Source: Schmidtea polychroa (Eukaryota). Taken from it: DNA of 64,000 nucleotides. The position numbers were made by a program, and so were the translations under genes. Below are positions 17,703 through 32,200 of this stretch, piece by piece. Every line of letters starts with the position of its first letter. Positions within the stretch are counted from its first letter, which is position 1. The stretch is taken from positions 138,384,001 through 138,448,000 of the forward strand of contig CM097885.1 in the NCBI GenBank assembly GCA_044892525.1. Direction: 5' to 3'. The notes under the pieces are model-generated. The model did no database searches, was not told the DNA's origin, and was given only the letters and a program-made list of their open reading frames with translations.

Positions 17703-19221
17703 TATATTATAACTTAGTATCAATTTTTTGAAATGATAATTATCAAAACTTAGCATTAATAAATTAAAAATACTAATTAAGCAATCCAATTATGTAGGAA
17801 GAAATGGAAAGAAGAAACCAGTTTTCTCGAAGCAACAAACTGCATCATAATAGATGAAGATACTATGCGTGGACTTGTTTTCTCAGGATTCACGGTGGTA
17901 TTAGCAATTGTCAAAAAATGATGAAAAGAACGCAATCCATAAGATATCCATTCCAAAATTTACAAGCCAGAAACAACTATTCGACTTCATTATTGGTTTG
18001 ATTCATTCAATTGGGTAAGATCAAGCACAGAAGTCAGATAAACAAAATATTGAATATCAACCAAAGATGCAAACTGATACAAAAATTCCAAATCCAACAG
18101 ATGGTTTGTATCACTATCAAATGATGCAGAAGAATGGAGAAGAATGGAGACGTCCTTCATTTTTTAAGAACGATATTTGTCAGAATATTGTTGGCATGGC
18201 ATTCAGACTCAACTATTACAAATTACTACCAGAATACAAATCATGCCGAGATTAGTGTTAATCACAAGATGTAGAGCAGCCAAAGCTAAAAATGCTTTAT
18301 TGAAACAATAAATTTTCTTTTTTACTGTTCACTTTTTACTCATTTTAATTTTAATATATTAAGAATTGTTAACTATCTTTTCTCTTTACTTTATAACAAT
18401 GTTAATTTAAAATAAAATTATTGCCCATTCACTATATTTTTAATAATAATAGGAAATGGAAACCACATAATAAAACAATTCTACAGAACTTTACTTTTAT
18501 TGTTAAAGCTTTGAAATATTACATGTACTTTGACTGTTTTTTAACAAGATTTACAACAATATATAATTAGTCATTTTTGTAAACTAAAAACAAAAGTCGT
18601 AAACCAATGCTACTACGGATTTGATAAAACTCATTCTATTAGAATTTGATAAACATGAATATATTTTACAATGATTTAGATTAACAATGAATTTATTACA
18701 GATTATCGCCAACAGATTTATTTTGATAAAATAAATAGCAAATTATGAAATGAATAAAAGTTTTTTTTAATGAATTACTTATTATTTTAAAAGTACTGAA
18801 TTCATTAACATGTTTAAATAATATATTAAATTTTTGTAAATAACAATTTTCATACTTCATAGTTTTTAATCAATAAATATTAACACGTTGACTGCCGCAC
18901 GAGTTAAATATAAAAATAAAATATAAGAATAAAAAGCGTAGTGTGGCCTCACCACAACTATACCAATTTTTTATGTATTAATATATAAATAGATATAACT
19001 TTAAAGGTCATGTTTCTAAAGACAAAATAAAATATAATTAAAATAATAAAAGAAAATATATAAAAAGTTTCTTATTGTTGCAAATATACAACTAAAATAA
19101 TAATTTTATTTTAAAAACTCCTATAATCAGATGTCAAAATGAACACTTGATATTTCCCCCCAAATCTGTTACATTTGGTAGCATATAAAGCAATTTAAAT
19201 ATTCTAACATAAAATTGCAAC

Positions 19222-22200
19222 TTACAAATTAGCTTCATTCTTTTGGGACAATAGTTGTTCAAAGCTATCATCTAATACCTGTTTAAGATCAGAAAATGTT
19301 ACGCAAAACATATTCAATCCATCCCGGGATATTAGGCAGATATTTTCGATTGACCCGGCATCAAGCTAACATACATTTAAAATATCTGAAAAATTAATGA
19401 TACTTTGTTTAAAGAAGTGACAATATGAGCCAAATCCAAGAATGGAGCACCACTAGAATCAACTTGATGAAACACGAAATCCCGAAATAATTTTAATTGG
19501 TAATTTGCCCCATAATCAGACCAATTACTATCCATTCCTAATCTTTATTAAAAGTATAATTTCATGTAGTATAGATAAATTAATCTTACTCATTACGTTC
19601 ACATATTGTTGCCAATTTGCAAACTAAACGAAATAGTCTACCACATTCAAGTTCCTAAAATGTAGCAATTACTATAATTAACTGCTATATGAAAATAAAT
19701 ATAGCGGGGAAATTTTTCCCAACTTATAATTTTATAATTTTATTGGAATATATTAACTCAATTTCAATTGGAATTAAATGTCCAACTCCATGTTACAAAG
19801 AATTATAAAAAAAAATCAACCAAAAATGAAACTCTATTTCACTCTCTTAATTTCAATATATTTTAGATATAATTACGTTATTCTTTTATTCGAAGTTAAT
19901 AAATAGATAAGAATTTATATTGAAATAACGCTAGATTTGACATATCAATATTTTTAATAAATTAACCCGCTTTCCGTAATCGGATCGATATGAAATTTTG
20001 ATAGCATGCGGCGTTCTCGACAACGATTTTACTTGGAAAATTTTAGCTCAATCCGATCACAGAAGGTAGGTTAATTTGGCCCCACAAAATTTGCGCGGCA
20101 CATACAAACATACATCAATGAAGTTAATATAGACTAAAAAGCAAAATGTTTATTTATATTAAAAATTTTTTTTATCGAAATGGCTTGAAACAAATTAATT
20201 ATGAGCAAATTTCTAGAATTCAAAATCCGATTTGTGATTTTCGATCAAAAGATAAAGTTTATATAATCAATACTTTCATTTTTGAAAAAAATTTTACAAA
20301 CTTCTATTTCATTTTTCGGTTCCAACCTCTGCTAGATTGAGAATCTACTTGGTCAACAATCGATCATTCTCAAGAATACTGAGTTGCCATAGTGCGTTGT
20401 GTATCCACAGCCCGTCTCTGACAGACTTATCGTACTCCCAAGTAACCCTTTGACCATGAATCAATCCATTTACAAGTTTAGTACTGATAACTTTTATTAA
20501 TATTATAAGAACTTTTTTCAATTTTCACCACTAATTTCTTTTCAATTGACATTGTAATTATTAAGCATTTAAAGAGAAATGGATAATTAATAAATGTTCT
20601 CCAACTTTAAAAGAACAAAGAAATTTTGGGAGTCCCGGCAAAGCCGCATAAGACATTTTCTGAAACTGAATTAAGTTATTTTTGAGTTTATTCAATTGCT
20701 CAGGTAATTAACAGAGTAATTAACGACCTCACATAATTAATTCGGTGGAAGCGTGGCATTATTCGTTCCAATAAAATGTATTTATTGCTCATGGTTCAGT
20801 ATATATAAAATAATGGAACAATTAATTCAAGAACAAGACCACATTGAAATTATAATGGGAAAATATAAAGAAAAATTTTCATTAAATCCAAATCAGGACA
20901 ATACAATAGAATAAATTCATAAATACCTTCATTAAATTAAATTCTAAATAATCAATCTGTGTGTACATATTAGTAACATGATTGTAGCATTCAGCAAATG
21001 TACTCGCTGCCACTTCATTAATAGAGTGATATTCTGATCGAATTAACTTTGTAACTGTAGTTCTCAAACTGTTTGAATAGAAGCGCTGCAAAAGGTCAAA
21101 AGCAATACTCGAATCCTTTTCTTGTATAGCTATTGTGGTACCACAAATAACACACATCATGAATTGCCCCAGATTTTCAAGATCTCGTGCCTTAAAGAAA
21201 CTACATTCAGAAGTTTTGGTGAAATCATTTTTACTTTTAAAGAAACTTTCAGAAAAATATTTTTTTGAAATACGAATAGCAAAATTAAACATTACAATAT
21301 ATATAACCCGTTCTCTCCCAAATTATTTTTTTTAATATATGTAGCTGTCCTACAAATAGGACACTGGTTAATTCAATCATCATTAAAAGAATCATAAAAT
21401 CAAAGACTAATTATCAGAGCGGTGACTATTTTGCTTTTTGTTAAATATTTTGACGGTTATGGTGCTAATATATGAGAAATAAGTTAAAACCAAAAAATAT
21501 ATTGGTTTTTTGTTTTACGAGCAAAAACCAAGTCAACAGTTTGTAATTTTTAAATATTTTATTGAAACCCAAATAACATTGTGTTAAATTCTTATTACTC
21601 AAAATAAATTATATATTGAGAGTCACGGGAGTTTTGCAGTGCAAAGTTTGCGCGTATTCTTTGGCCTTTTTAGTGCAAATGTTGCTGCGTTAGTTGTCAA
21701 TTACCTATGGCGCCGAGCTTCAATAGGTATAAAAGCACTTTTTTGCCTTTTCATATCTTTCAACATTTCTTTTCAACTTAGCGCGTAGGAATTTTCTTTA
21801 AAACGATAATCAGAAAACCAAAGCTCAAACCACACTACAGAAATGAACGAACAAATTTGCCACAATCGGTTTCTCGTTTGCTGCAATAGAACAAAAGCCA
21901 AGATATCATGTACTGCATCCTAATTATAGGTCTGTGCTATTTTCTTAGTCACCAGAAGAGCACATGTTTTCGCAGATGAATCAGGTAATAAGTTAATAGG
22001 TTCATTCTTTAATTTGCAATGAAATGCATTTATATGTGGTGTATCCCACTTTTCTATCATTTATCAGTTGTTAATCGTAAAATTCACTAACCTCCCAGCT
22101 AAGCCACTATCTAGATGTACTGTTAATGTCAAACATGCTGGGGGAAATGTTCTTTTTCTTTTCTTTTGCCATGACCTTTTAGAAATCTGTAATGTTCAGA

Positions 22201-25200
22201 TATTAAATTTTCCACTTTGGTCATTAGACTTTAATGTTATAACAAAGAAACATAACTTTCGTACCCACAAAGCCTCCAACTCTCCAACAATTATTTGAAA
22301 TCTGCTTTTGCGACACGTCGTTACTTGCAAGATAACTGAACCTTCTTTTTTTCATAGGAATTTTCAAATAAGTTTTCAATGAATATCCAACACTTACAAT
22401 ATTTTTATTGGTATAACAGCCTTGTCATATCGTACTAGATTATCAGTCCATATGGCAACGTTTTCATTAATATCTTGATCACTTGAAAGCCATGGAAATC
22501 CCACAGTAACCAAAAATTTGCAATAGTTCCATAAAATATAGTATTATTACTCATAATAAATAGGTCGATATTTATTGATAATTTACGTAGAATTATTTTA
22601 CTTTGTAATTATATAATATCTGCATTATTAATTATTAAAAAATATAATTTTCTATTGTATCAATAGACAATTATAGACACAATTTATTACGTAAAAATAT
22701 AAATTTTATTAAGGTTTTATTGGGGATTTTCAATTAAATTTGTATTTTTTTGTCAAAATTTATTTGATTGTTTTGTCTTTTAATGTTTCAATATTAGTGT
22801 ATTTCAACGAAATATCAAATTCCATTAGAATAGGTTGTATTTAGACCAGGGCTTCTTAAACTGTGGGTCGCGACCCCAAATGGGGTTGCCTAGCGAAATA
22901 TTGGGGTCGCAAAATTTTTATATAAAATATCTAAATACATAAAATTTCATAATTGTCGCATGTTTTCCTACTCATTGGGCAAATGGGAATTTGCCCGCAG
23001 TGACCAATATAATAAACTGAAACGTCTATTTTTTCATATGTATTTATATTATTACCTAATTAATAAATCTTCACAAAAAATTTATATATCTTTATTTTAA
23101 ATTATAAGGGGTCGCAAAAAAGTTTACAATCATAAATGGGGTCGTGAATGAAAAAAGTTAAAGAAGCCCTGATTTAGACAGACTTTTTTTGGAAATTTGT
23201 TGGATTTTGCACAAATAATAAATTTTCATTTGGAAGGTGAAGTTTTTGAACTAATAAACAAAGACTTCATATTAAAGTCTAGTGAAAAAAGTGGAAGATT
23301 TAATATCTTATTATAAATAAACTTTTGGACAAAAAAGTCAAATATCGGAAGAGTCAATATCCTACTAATTATATTGTAATAATTGAAATAATAGTGGAAC
23401 GCGATTTCAAACAATGAACATATAAAAATATTTTTAATATATTTTATTTGAATTAACCTCTACATAAAGTCTCAATAATATCCAACAATAGACTTTGAAT
23501 TTGTATATATTAGAAATTTTTAAATTAAAATTAAAAATATAATTTTACTATTTGAAGTAATATAGATAACAAGAATTGATAGAAAAAAATAACTGCGATC
23601 ACCAATTAGAAACTAAATAATAAAAAAGATTGTAATATATTGAAAAAATTATAGGGGTGAAAAACAAACAGATTCTAACAATTTGTGGAATTTAAGACAG
23701 TATATAATATATATTCAAAATCATAGAGATAATGAATATTAAATATATGGGGAAAATCATCTGATATGCCTGTTTGAAACAAGGAAAATTAACGAATACA
23801 GAATTTTGATCTCATGAAATTTACAAGCTTACTCTTGCTGTAATTACTAGGTTAATGCAAATATTTTCAGCGCTCAGAGTTTAAAAATTGAAAAAAATAA
23901 GTTGATTTTAAGAATATACAGTATGTAAATGTATGTTTGAAATCATTGCTCATAAAAAAAATTATTGACGCTTCTGAAATATATATGGGCAAAAAAAAAA
24001 TTATTCGTTTTTATCAGACAGAAAATATCTGAAAATCAAGATTAAAATTTCTTGGGGAAATTTTCTAAGAAAGGTCATTAACAAAACTGGAAAGTTTAAG
24101 ATTTAAATTAAAACAAATTGCTTAGAGTTGGTTATATGATTTAATCTGAAAATGAAGGCAAAGCAATGCGACATAAATTTCTTTGTTGCAACTGAAGCTA
24201 CATGTGTTTTAAATTGTGTCAGTTAAAATATTCAAGACTTTAGAAAATCGTATGAACTCAAATTAGAAGCTGAAGAACAAGCCAAAAAGTGGTGAATTGA
24301 TGTCATGTTTCAAGCAAGAAGACAGCCACGCACTAAATGACATTTCGATGAGTTAGAATCAGATTATCGCTTTGATAACAGGGAACATTTATTCAGAGTT
24401 CTAGTATTTTATTTCGTTTTGGACAATAAATACTCAGATTAAGCAGCATTTTACTAGGATGCAAACAATTACAAACTGTTTTGAATTTCTTGAGCCAAAA
24501 AACATTTTCAGTTATCCTGAAGCACCAACCTGAAAAAATAATATCCAGAAGTGACATCATCTAAATTTAAAATTCTGTTTCAGCTTCTATATTCTCTAGT
24601 AAAAAAAGAATTAAAGGGAAGTATGTCCATAAAAACTTTTTCAGAATTGCTTCTCACAAAGTACAGCATTTCTATTTCGGAAAAAATTTTCGGAAATCTA
24701 TACTGCTTTTATGTTGTCCTTAACACTTTCAGCTACAGTAGCTAGTGTTGAAAGGTCATTCAGCAAACTGAAAATTATAAAGAAGTAAAAAAGAAATTCA
24801 ATTGGCCAAAGCAGGCTGCGAAATCTTGATTTGCTAGCCATTGAGCATAAGATAGCAGCAAAAAAGAGTTACGCAGAAGTTATTCACGATATTACAAACG
24901 CAAAAGCTAGAAAAAACTTTTCTAGATTACAATTGAATTTTTTAAAATTGTAGCTTATTATTATTTTAGCTTATTCGTTTCGTATATGTTATTGAATTTC
25001 TAAAGTAAACAGATTAAAATAAGGTGAACATGCATCAAAAATTAAATTATAAATGAATAATTTTTTATGAAATAAATTTTGTTATTTCGTTAAACAAAGT
25101 AGACCGAGTAGGGACTGTGGACCCGGCACAAGGGCCCAGCACCGATTATTGCCTATAGACCCAAAATTTTTAGCTACGCTACTTGTTCCTCCACCAGCTC

Positions 25201-28200
25201 TTCAATTTCGTCCTCATTCACTTCAGTCCCATGTTCTTTCCCAAGGAGACAATTTCATCGAGCGTACTTGTCGATGATTTCCTTCTTAACTCCCACTGTA
25301 ATCATTTTCTTTTTAAACAGTTTTCTTTTTGGGAACAATTGTTACAGTACTGTTATCAAAAAAATACTCATTACCCACGTTTAAAAAGATAATAAACAAT
25401 ACTTCGTACGTATGTTGAGTAAATACCGATACCTACTGACAGAAAACGAACGTGACGGTTGGTAGACAAGCGTATACATGTTACTCATATTACAAGACTT
25501 ATCTCGCTTTTCAAAAAACAATAATCCATGGCGAAAAAACCACTTTATACAACTATTGTGTCTAACGTAAAAACAATGGAAAAGATTATGGAAGAGAATT
25601 TTTCCTCCGAATCTTTAAATTCTTTTTTCTGAGAATCGAAATTATTGATTTTGGAGTTGCTTGCAGAACGGCGACTATAAACAACGAGTGGGGTTGAACA
25701 GTTTCCGATAATCATGTATTTGCACAAAAATATCCTACTGTCAGAATGATTCAAATGGCAATTCCGCATTTGCCGGAAAACAAAAAGTATTCGGATTCGA
25801 TCTTTTTTTCATGACACCAAACTGCCATTAAAGATGCTTGTGAAGTTTATATACTTTCCGTCACTTAATCTTGGGCAGGATGTCATGTGCAATGAATTGT
25901 CGATCAATAAGAACACTGCTGTCGTGAGATTTGCACACTATATTTAATTGAAGAATCCATTACGCTTGGTGAAGTAAATGAAGACTGTTCTATTTCGACG
26001 GAGATTTGAAAAGTTCAAGATATTTATTGGATTATTAATTGCAATTAGCCGACTTCATTTTAATTTAAAAAATAAATTTTATAATTGTATGCTTTTTATA
26101 AAATTGTATATACTATGATATAACCCAATATAACCCAATATTATATAAAATAGAATTTGAAGTAACTGATCTGGCCAATTCAAAATCTCGAATGTCATAA
26201 AAACCATTTTCAGTAAATGATTTAAATTGTATTTAAAAAACATTCCAAGAATGTGTAAAAACTGGAAATGACTTTACATTAGAAAAGTAAATATTATGAA
26301 CTGGTATTAATTTATTTTTTAAGATAATGATTATGAAAATGTTTGGTTCCGAAAAATATAGGAAGTACGAATCCATGAAAAAAAATTCAATAATCAATAA
26401 TCTGTCAAATAAATATCCCATTTGATATCTTTCAGAATAAAAATATTATTTGTTTTTCTCATTCTTCCAAAGTTTTTAATGGAATATTATAGTGCTTTTT
26501 ATTAGCATTCTAACATCAAAAAATAATCCAGAATTTAATGTAATATATGTGAATTTAATGTCAATTTAAAGCATTAAAAACTGAGCATGAAAATTGTTTA
26601 TTAATGTTAAAAAATCAGTAATTTTACTAACTTGTAGAGCTACCAAATCGCTTGTGTCGTCAATCGGGACACCTAGCAATGAATTGTCATCCGCCTGTAG
26701 GAATTCAGCGAGACCAAAGCAATTCAACCGAATTCTGGAATGCAAATTAAAAAAAATATTATCTCATGGTTTAATAACCGATCAGGATATTGAATGAGTA
26801 TTTTTGATGGATCTATGATTTTAATACACATACCTAACACATTGTGGACATAGCGAACCACATTTATTAACTGAATAAGATAACACCAACTTTTCTCTTC
26901 ACTCAACATATTCAAGTCTGAAGCTTCTGAAAAATGTTAGTAATTTTTATTTATCTTTAAATTTAAAAATTAATTATTATTAATATTTTATTTGGTTCGT
27001 GTAACTATTTTAAATTCTATTCACATTTCACTATTCAAAGCCCCTCTGATATTATTAATATCAGTTTATAAACTTCAGTGAGAAATACTTTAAATGTTTA
27101 GATTTTACTCAAAAATAATAATAAAAAAATCTAGGTCATCATTATGAATTTATTTTCATATATTCAAAATAAGGCGTTCTTAAATATTTATTATTAAAAT
27201 AACAATGGTAATTATTAAGCATGGAAATATTTAATATTATAACTGATATAAAATAAAATCAGTCCCCAATATTTTAACATACACTTAATGTTAAACCGTA
27301 ATATAATTGTAGCGAAAAAAATCATTTTCGTGGAAATTTAGTTTAATACTATTAATTATATGGTTTAAATAATTAATTATTTACATTAACCTAAGATGGA
27401 TATTACATTTAAAAATAGGATATAATTCCGAATTATAATCACGAAATAGTTTTTCATCTTTCTAATTCCAATAATCACAACGTTGAGACTATCTTCTCTT
27501 TCCCAATACAAAATTGAATCGAATGATGAACGTTTTGAAGAGTTGGGAAGGTCTCGATATAAAAACGGGATAAAAAACTAGGACAGTGTCAAATAAAGTC
27601 TATTGAGATAAAGGGTGATGACGCTATGGAATAAAATGGTTTTTCAAGTGTTGATATTGGAAGAATTATCGAATAGTCTAATATATTGAAATGAAATATT
27701 TTGATTCTTAAATATTTAGGAAACTATAAATATGGGTAGATGTGTTCGAAAAGACACTAATCATATAAATTGTATCTACAAATCTTAATTTAGGCTATGT
27801 TTTATATGATCCATCCATAAATTATTAAAAAAAGGAATTTCAAATGGAAAAGGTGAAGATTTTTTCAATTATATTAAGCGATGCGATAAATAAATAAATG
27901 AATAGAAATTATTTAGTTCAATAAGTTTGCAATTTTTGCAATCTTTTGGACTTTCATTGCAATAAAATGGTAATGTACTTTTGCCACGTACAGTAAAGTT
28001 TATCAACCAATTCCAACTGTTTGGTAGTTGTCTTAACAAAGAAGAATTTCTAATCACGCTTCATCAAAATCCACTGGTAATCCAAACTGATAGGCACCAC
28101 TTAGGTCAAAATCACTTCCTCTAAAACGGATAAAATATTTTCAACATACGCTACCATTAATAAACTCTTCGTAGACACCACATGTGTTTTGATAAGCTTG

Positions 28201-30653
28201 CATAATACTACAGGCCCAATGAAAATCGTAGACGATGACATATTCGTTAAGCCAGCCCGAAGCTCCACAAAACCTGGGAATGGAAATCATTTTTAAATAA
28301 AGGAAAAATAATAAACTGAATAATGATTCTGACAGAAGGAAAGAATTACTACCAAATGGTGAAGAGTAATTCCCTTTAAGACAGATTATGACTTAATAAA
28401 ACAACAGCAAGAAAGCGAAGAACAAATAAATACCCTATTTATACGAAATGAATCATCGAACAGTATTCAAACAGTTTTGAACAATTGTAAATGAACGAAT
28501 ATTTGAAATTCCTTGCATTCTATTTTTGTCCCTCGATCAATCAATAACTGGTATAATAAACAGCTTTGTTCAACACTTTTTAATATAGCACAAAAGCAAC
28601 TATTTAATGCGGTGAAGAGAAGTCATAAGGAAGGCATTATCGTTCACTAAAAAACTGAATACGAATGATAAATAATGTTCCTTCAGAAATAACATGATTC
28701 AAGATTAGAGAATATAAAAATATATCAAGTTTACAATTTAACCTCAAACTATTATAAAAATGCCAACTTTTGAACTCTAGGATATCTAAAAATTTTTAAT
28801 TATTTGACAAAATAAATTACATTTGTGCTATGGTGAAAAAAACTGTTAAATTTATATGAAATTATGTAAAGATTAATCAGAATAATTTAATTTAGTGGGA
28901 TAAAGGTTAGAATGAAGAAATTATGAAGAATTTTGTGATGGGATGGACGTAAATCAATGAAAAATAGATTAAATAGACTAAGGAATCGAGTATTTCTAAG
29001 TCTAGAGCAATCGTCGGGGAAATTATGCATGGACAATACTTGGGAGAGAACGAAGCACTAATAATCCGTTTCATTGAGTTAAAAATGCTGAGAGAAAAAT
29101 AGGGAAAGTAGTTGAAATGAAAAAAGCTAGAAAAGGACATTAAAGAAATTATAGAAAGAGATAAAAATTCAAATGTTCAAATTTATACAACAAATAAAAG
29201 TAAAATTACCATGAAAATATTTCATTTAAAGCGAAATAGACAAATGGCAGAAAGGAGGTTGATCCTATTTGGAAGATGTGCAAGAGGGGAAATTAGAAAT
29301 AGTACTCTAAATTAATTGCGAACAATGAAACAAAAATGTATACTAGAGAAATTTATTATTACCTCATTTCCTTATAAAAGAGGGTAAACACTAAAATAAG
29401 TCGTTTTGACGCACCAGCAAAAATATAATGGAGATACTTGAACAACAATATCGAAGCTAATCCCAAGTTGCATAATAATTTATTCAGTATTCGAATTCGC
29501 TTTATAAAGAACAAAGTCACCATTGTTTGTGATATTGCTGAGATGTTCTTACAAATAGGAATAGTTAAGAATGAGAAGCCAAAAACTAACATATCAAGCC
29601 AAAAGCTGATGTAAATCCAAAGGGGATGCTTTTCTGTGCAATGATGAGGTCCAGGTTTAATGATAGTTTATGGTAAATTAAATTCGTCCGACCCTAGATT
29701 TTCTTATGAATATATTTTAATTATCGGTTTGTTTTCAAAATTACTTGATTTAACAAAAGTTTTAGGTGTTATATTTATCCAAATTCCATTGAAAATTAAA
29801 CGAATCATCGATTTTATTGAAAATATATCCAAACGAATTCTTGTTGAGAAATTTCAATGTTGAAATACTATTTTTTTAAACAAAATATATCACAATTTTA
29901 CTTTATCGCAAAAATGATACATTTTCCATAATATTTTATAACTATATTTAAGATAAAATATACTAATACCACACTGCAACAAATCAGTGATTTTTAATTC
30001 CAACTACAGAGTATGGTAATTTTAAACAACAAACTAATTCTTTAGGAGAAATATAAATTTACATTAATTTTTAAAAAATATAAGAGTTTTGACAAATTTT
30101 GTCCCAGTTAAATAAATAAAAAAATATTAATCAAATTTTTATTAAATCGATAAAATGCAGAAACATAATGTAAAATTATATAGATCTTACTTTTTGAGGA
30201 ACTGTATGGGCGTGCCTGTTGCTTACTGTTAAAAGGTGATGCAAATCCAATTAATTTTCCAACATCACTGACATGCGTGTGTAGAGCTGTGACACTACAG
30301 GGATAATAATCCATGATGAAAACAGTTGCTTATTAAAAATAGATTTTTAACGATTGGTAAAAATCATGGAATTATCGACTTACAATTGTCCTCAAATGCC
30401 TCAGTAACGAAAACATGATTAATTGAAATCAATCCTGGGTGTTTTAATTTACGAAATCTATCTAGCAATTGAGAGTCTTTGGCTGATTGCAAAATAGAAC
30501 CTGGGAAGCGACGAAATAAGACAAACTGATCTGTTCCTGTATCAAAAGCTTTATAGCAAATTGAGGGCCGATTAAACGTTCTTGATTTGCGAATTTCATA
30601 AATTGATTCAATAGGTGTGATATCCGTGTATTGTAAAATTGTATCGGGCGTTT
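19222..30653 (-). CDS. PAN3: PAN3 (PAN2-PAN3 deadenylase subunit): pseudokinase, coiled coil and C-terminal knob; 8 exons
   Basis: Exons 30653-30384, 30328-30191, 26926-26779, 26734-26632, 21190-20927, 19654-19590, 19542-19404, 19365-19222 (TAA). All GT-AG with consistent phases. Motifs CYKAFD...FRRF, DYYP, IIDPSKILI, ELECGRLFRL, WS...YQLKLFRDFVFHQVD..GAP.LDLAHI..LNKLDAG. Confidence 0.9.
19965..20135. mobile_element. Short DINE-1/Helentron-like or other non-autonomous repeat remnant
   Basis: GC-richer block ending ACATACAAACATAC...GAAGTTAATA, resembling HINE/DINE-type ends. Family not established. Confidence 0.35.
22847..23171. mobile_element. 325-bp hAT MITE
   Basis: TIRs CAGGGCTTCTTAAACT / AGTTAAAGAAGCCCTG (15/16). 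Perfect 8-bp TSD ATTTAGAC. Subterminal GGGGTCGC repeats. Confidence 0.93.
24150..25184 (+). mobile_element. 3' fragment of a hAT transposon (ZMYM1/Tip100-like), decayed
   Basis: FSEIYTAF...TVASVERSFSKLKIIK...NSIGQSRL..L.LLAIEH dimerisation domain. Terminus-like TAGCTACGCTACT at 25171-25183. Confidence 0.85.
25690..25975 (+). pseudogene. Merlin (ISXO2/IS1016-like) transposase N-terminal remnant
   Basis: WQFRICRKTKSIRIRSFFHDTKLPLKMLVKFIY...ELSINKNTAV matches the W.C..C...SIR..SFF...KL pattern. Confidence 0.6.
29395..29580 (+). pseudogene. BEL/Pao LTR retrotransposon RT remnant
   Basis: FDA.AKY...PKLHNNLFSIRIRF...VTIVCDIAEMFLQI matches Pao VFDA...GP.LQ.DL..VL.RFR...A...DI..MF.Q, with frameshifts. 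Confidence 0.75.
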
Positions 30654-30999
30654 CTAGAAATTAGAAATGAGGTAGTTGAAAAACATTCATTCCTAAACAG
30701 ATTTCCATTATCCAAGTGTCTTATAATAAATACGATTATTATACAGTATTCATAATTTACAGACAATATTGGAAATTTTTAGAAAAACCTCCTACTACAT
30801 ATATAATGTATTTTTAACTGTTTAACAATGAAGACTTTCAAATGATTCAGTTTATTGTAAATAAATCTATCAGAACTGTAAGGAGTTTTAAAACTTATTT
30901 TAAATAAAAACTAATTTAAATTAATTAAATTAATTGAATATTTTTGTCATTAATTTCGGATTTTAAAAAATAAATTGAGTAGATTTTGAATATTAGTAT

Positions 31000-32200
31000 C
31001 ACTGGCGGATCCAGACCATCTAGTAAGGGGGCGATTTTTAGGTTTTAGAAGCAACCGCAGGCAAGCCCACAAATCGTAAAACTTGTTTACTTTTTATTCA
31101 TTGAGACTCATTATTATTGATTATATCAACAATCTATAATATTTTTTATTATAGACTGCTATTAAATTAATAATACAAAATTATTTAAAAATTTTAATTT
31201 TAAAAGTAATTTGTATTTACTATTTATTATATTTTTAACTAACAAAGCATGGTGTTTGAAAACGGAAATTATATCTGTTGATTTTAATAAAGTTGTGTGG
31301 TGCGTATTTTAAATCGGACTATTGGGATACCAATATATGACGTCATTTTATAGTTACATTACATAGATTAAGACAGTAGAAGAATGATACTCAGACTTTG
31401 AGTATTTTATAATAAAGAACATACTAAATTCACAACTGGTTTCACTCTGCGAAACACGATGAGTCGACAGACACGATGCTTTGCTGACGTTTGGTATTTA
31501 ACATCCACTAATAATTGACGCACTGGATAATATATCTAATATCTTGGACTTAATATCCAAAACTTAACTGCACCTGAATTTACATCGGAAGTTGAACTAT
31601 GGCAGTGCAAATGCATAAGGATGAAGGAGGAATCAAATCACTGCCTACTGATCTTTCTGTTGTTTTTGATTTGTGTGATCAAGTGCAATATCCAATCACT
31701 CACAAGTTGTTTCAAATTATTAAACGTACCCTGTAAGTGTTGTAAGTGCTGAACGTAGCTTCTCAACCCTGCGAAGAATAAAAACCTGACTGAGAACGCC
31801 AATGACAGAAAACAGACTAGTTGGATTAGCCCTACTTAATGTACACAGAGACATTCCAGTAAATTTTGAAAATGTGATTGAGCGTTTTGCAAAGTCGGGA
31901 AATCGGTAACTAGATTTTGTGTTATAAATTGTTAAAATAATCAACAAATCAAGGTTTTTATGTACGTTACTAGTCTAACAACTAAACTCTCGAGTCTTCA
32001 TCAAATGATTGTATTTCAATTTCAATAATTATAAATTACTTCAAAATATAATTTACAACATTAAAATTTGAACATTTTGGTTGATATTGCATATTTTCTT
32101 TAGAAAGGGGTGCAAAAGCCAAGTAAAATTCCCTGAAGAAATTTCTTTCCAAATAATATAATGGGGTGGTTCGCCCCCCCCCCCTATGGATCCTCCACTG
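31000..32200 (+). mobile_element. 1.2-kb non-autonomous hAT element (THAP12/P52rIPK-like C-terminus)
   Basis: TIRs CACTGGCGGATCCA / TGGATCCTCCACTG. Perfect 8-bp TSD ATTAGTAT. Internal SAERSFSTLRRIKT*LR..M.ENRL.GLALLNVHRDI. Confidence 0.92.

Noticed and set aside
17760-18300. Possible LINE RT C-terminal remnant
   Set aside because: Only a vague ...EEWRR resemblance, with no diagnostic RT or endonuclease motifs.
18880-18896. piggyBac-like terminus TTAA-CACGTTGACTGCC
   Set aside because: No matching opposite end or transposase was found.
12597-19654. Functional link between the element's DEDD-fold ORF3 and the neighbouring PAN3 (PAN2 is a DEDD nuclease)
   Set aside because: ORF3 lies inside the LTRs and resembles REXO4/ISG20, not PAN2. 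The adjacency is an accident of insertion.
28060-28273. Apparent PAN3 exon (EYVIVYDFHW) with splice-like sites
   Set aside because: The exon at 30328-30191 fits PAN3 better and splices in phase directly to 26926. This block is more likely a decayed transposase (VYEEFING) or a chance match.
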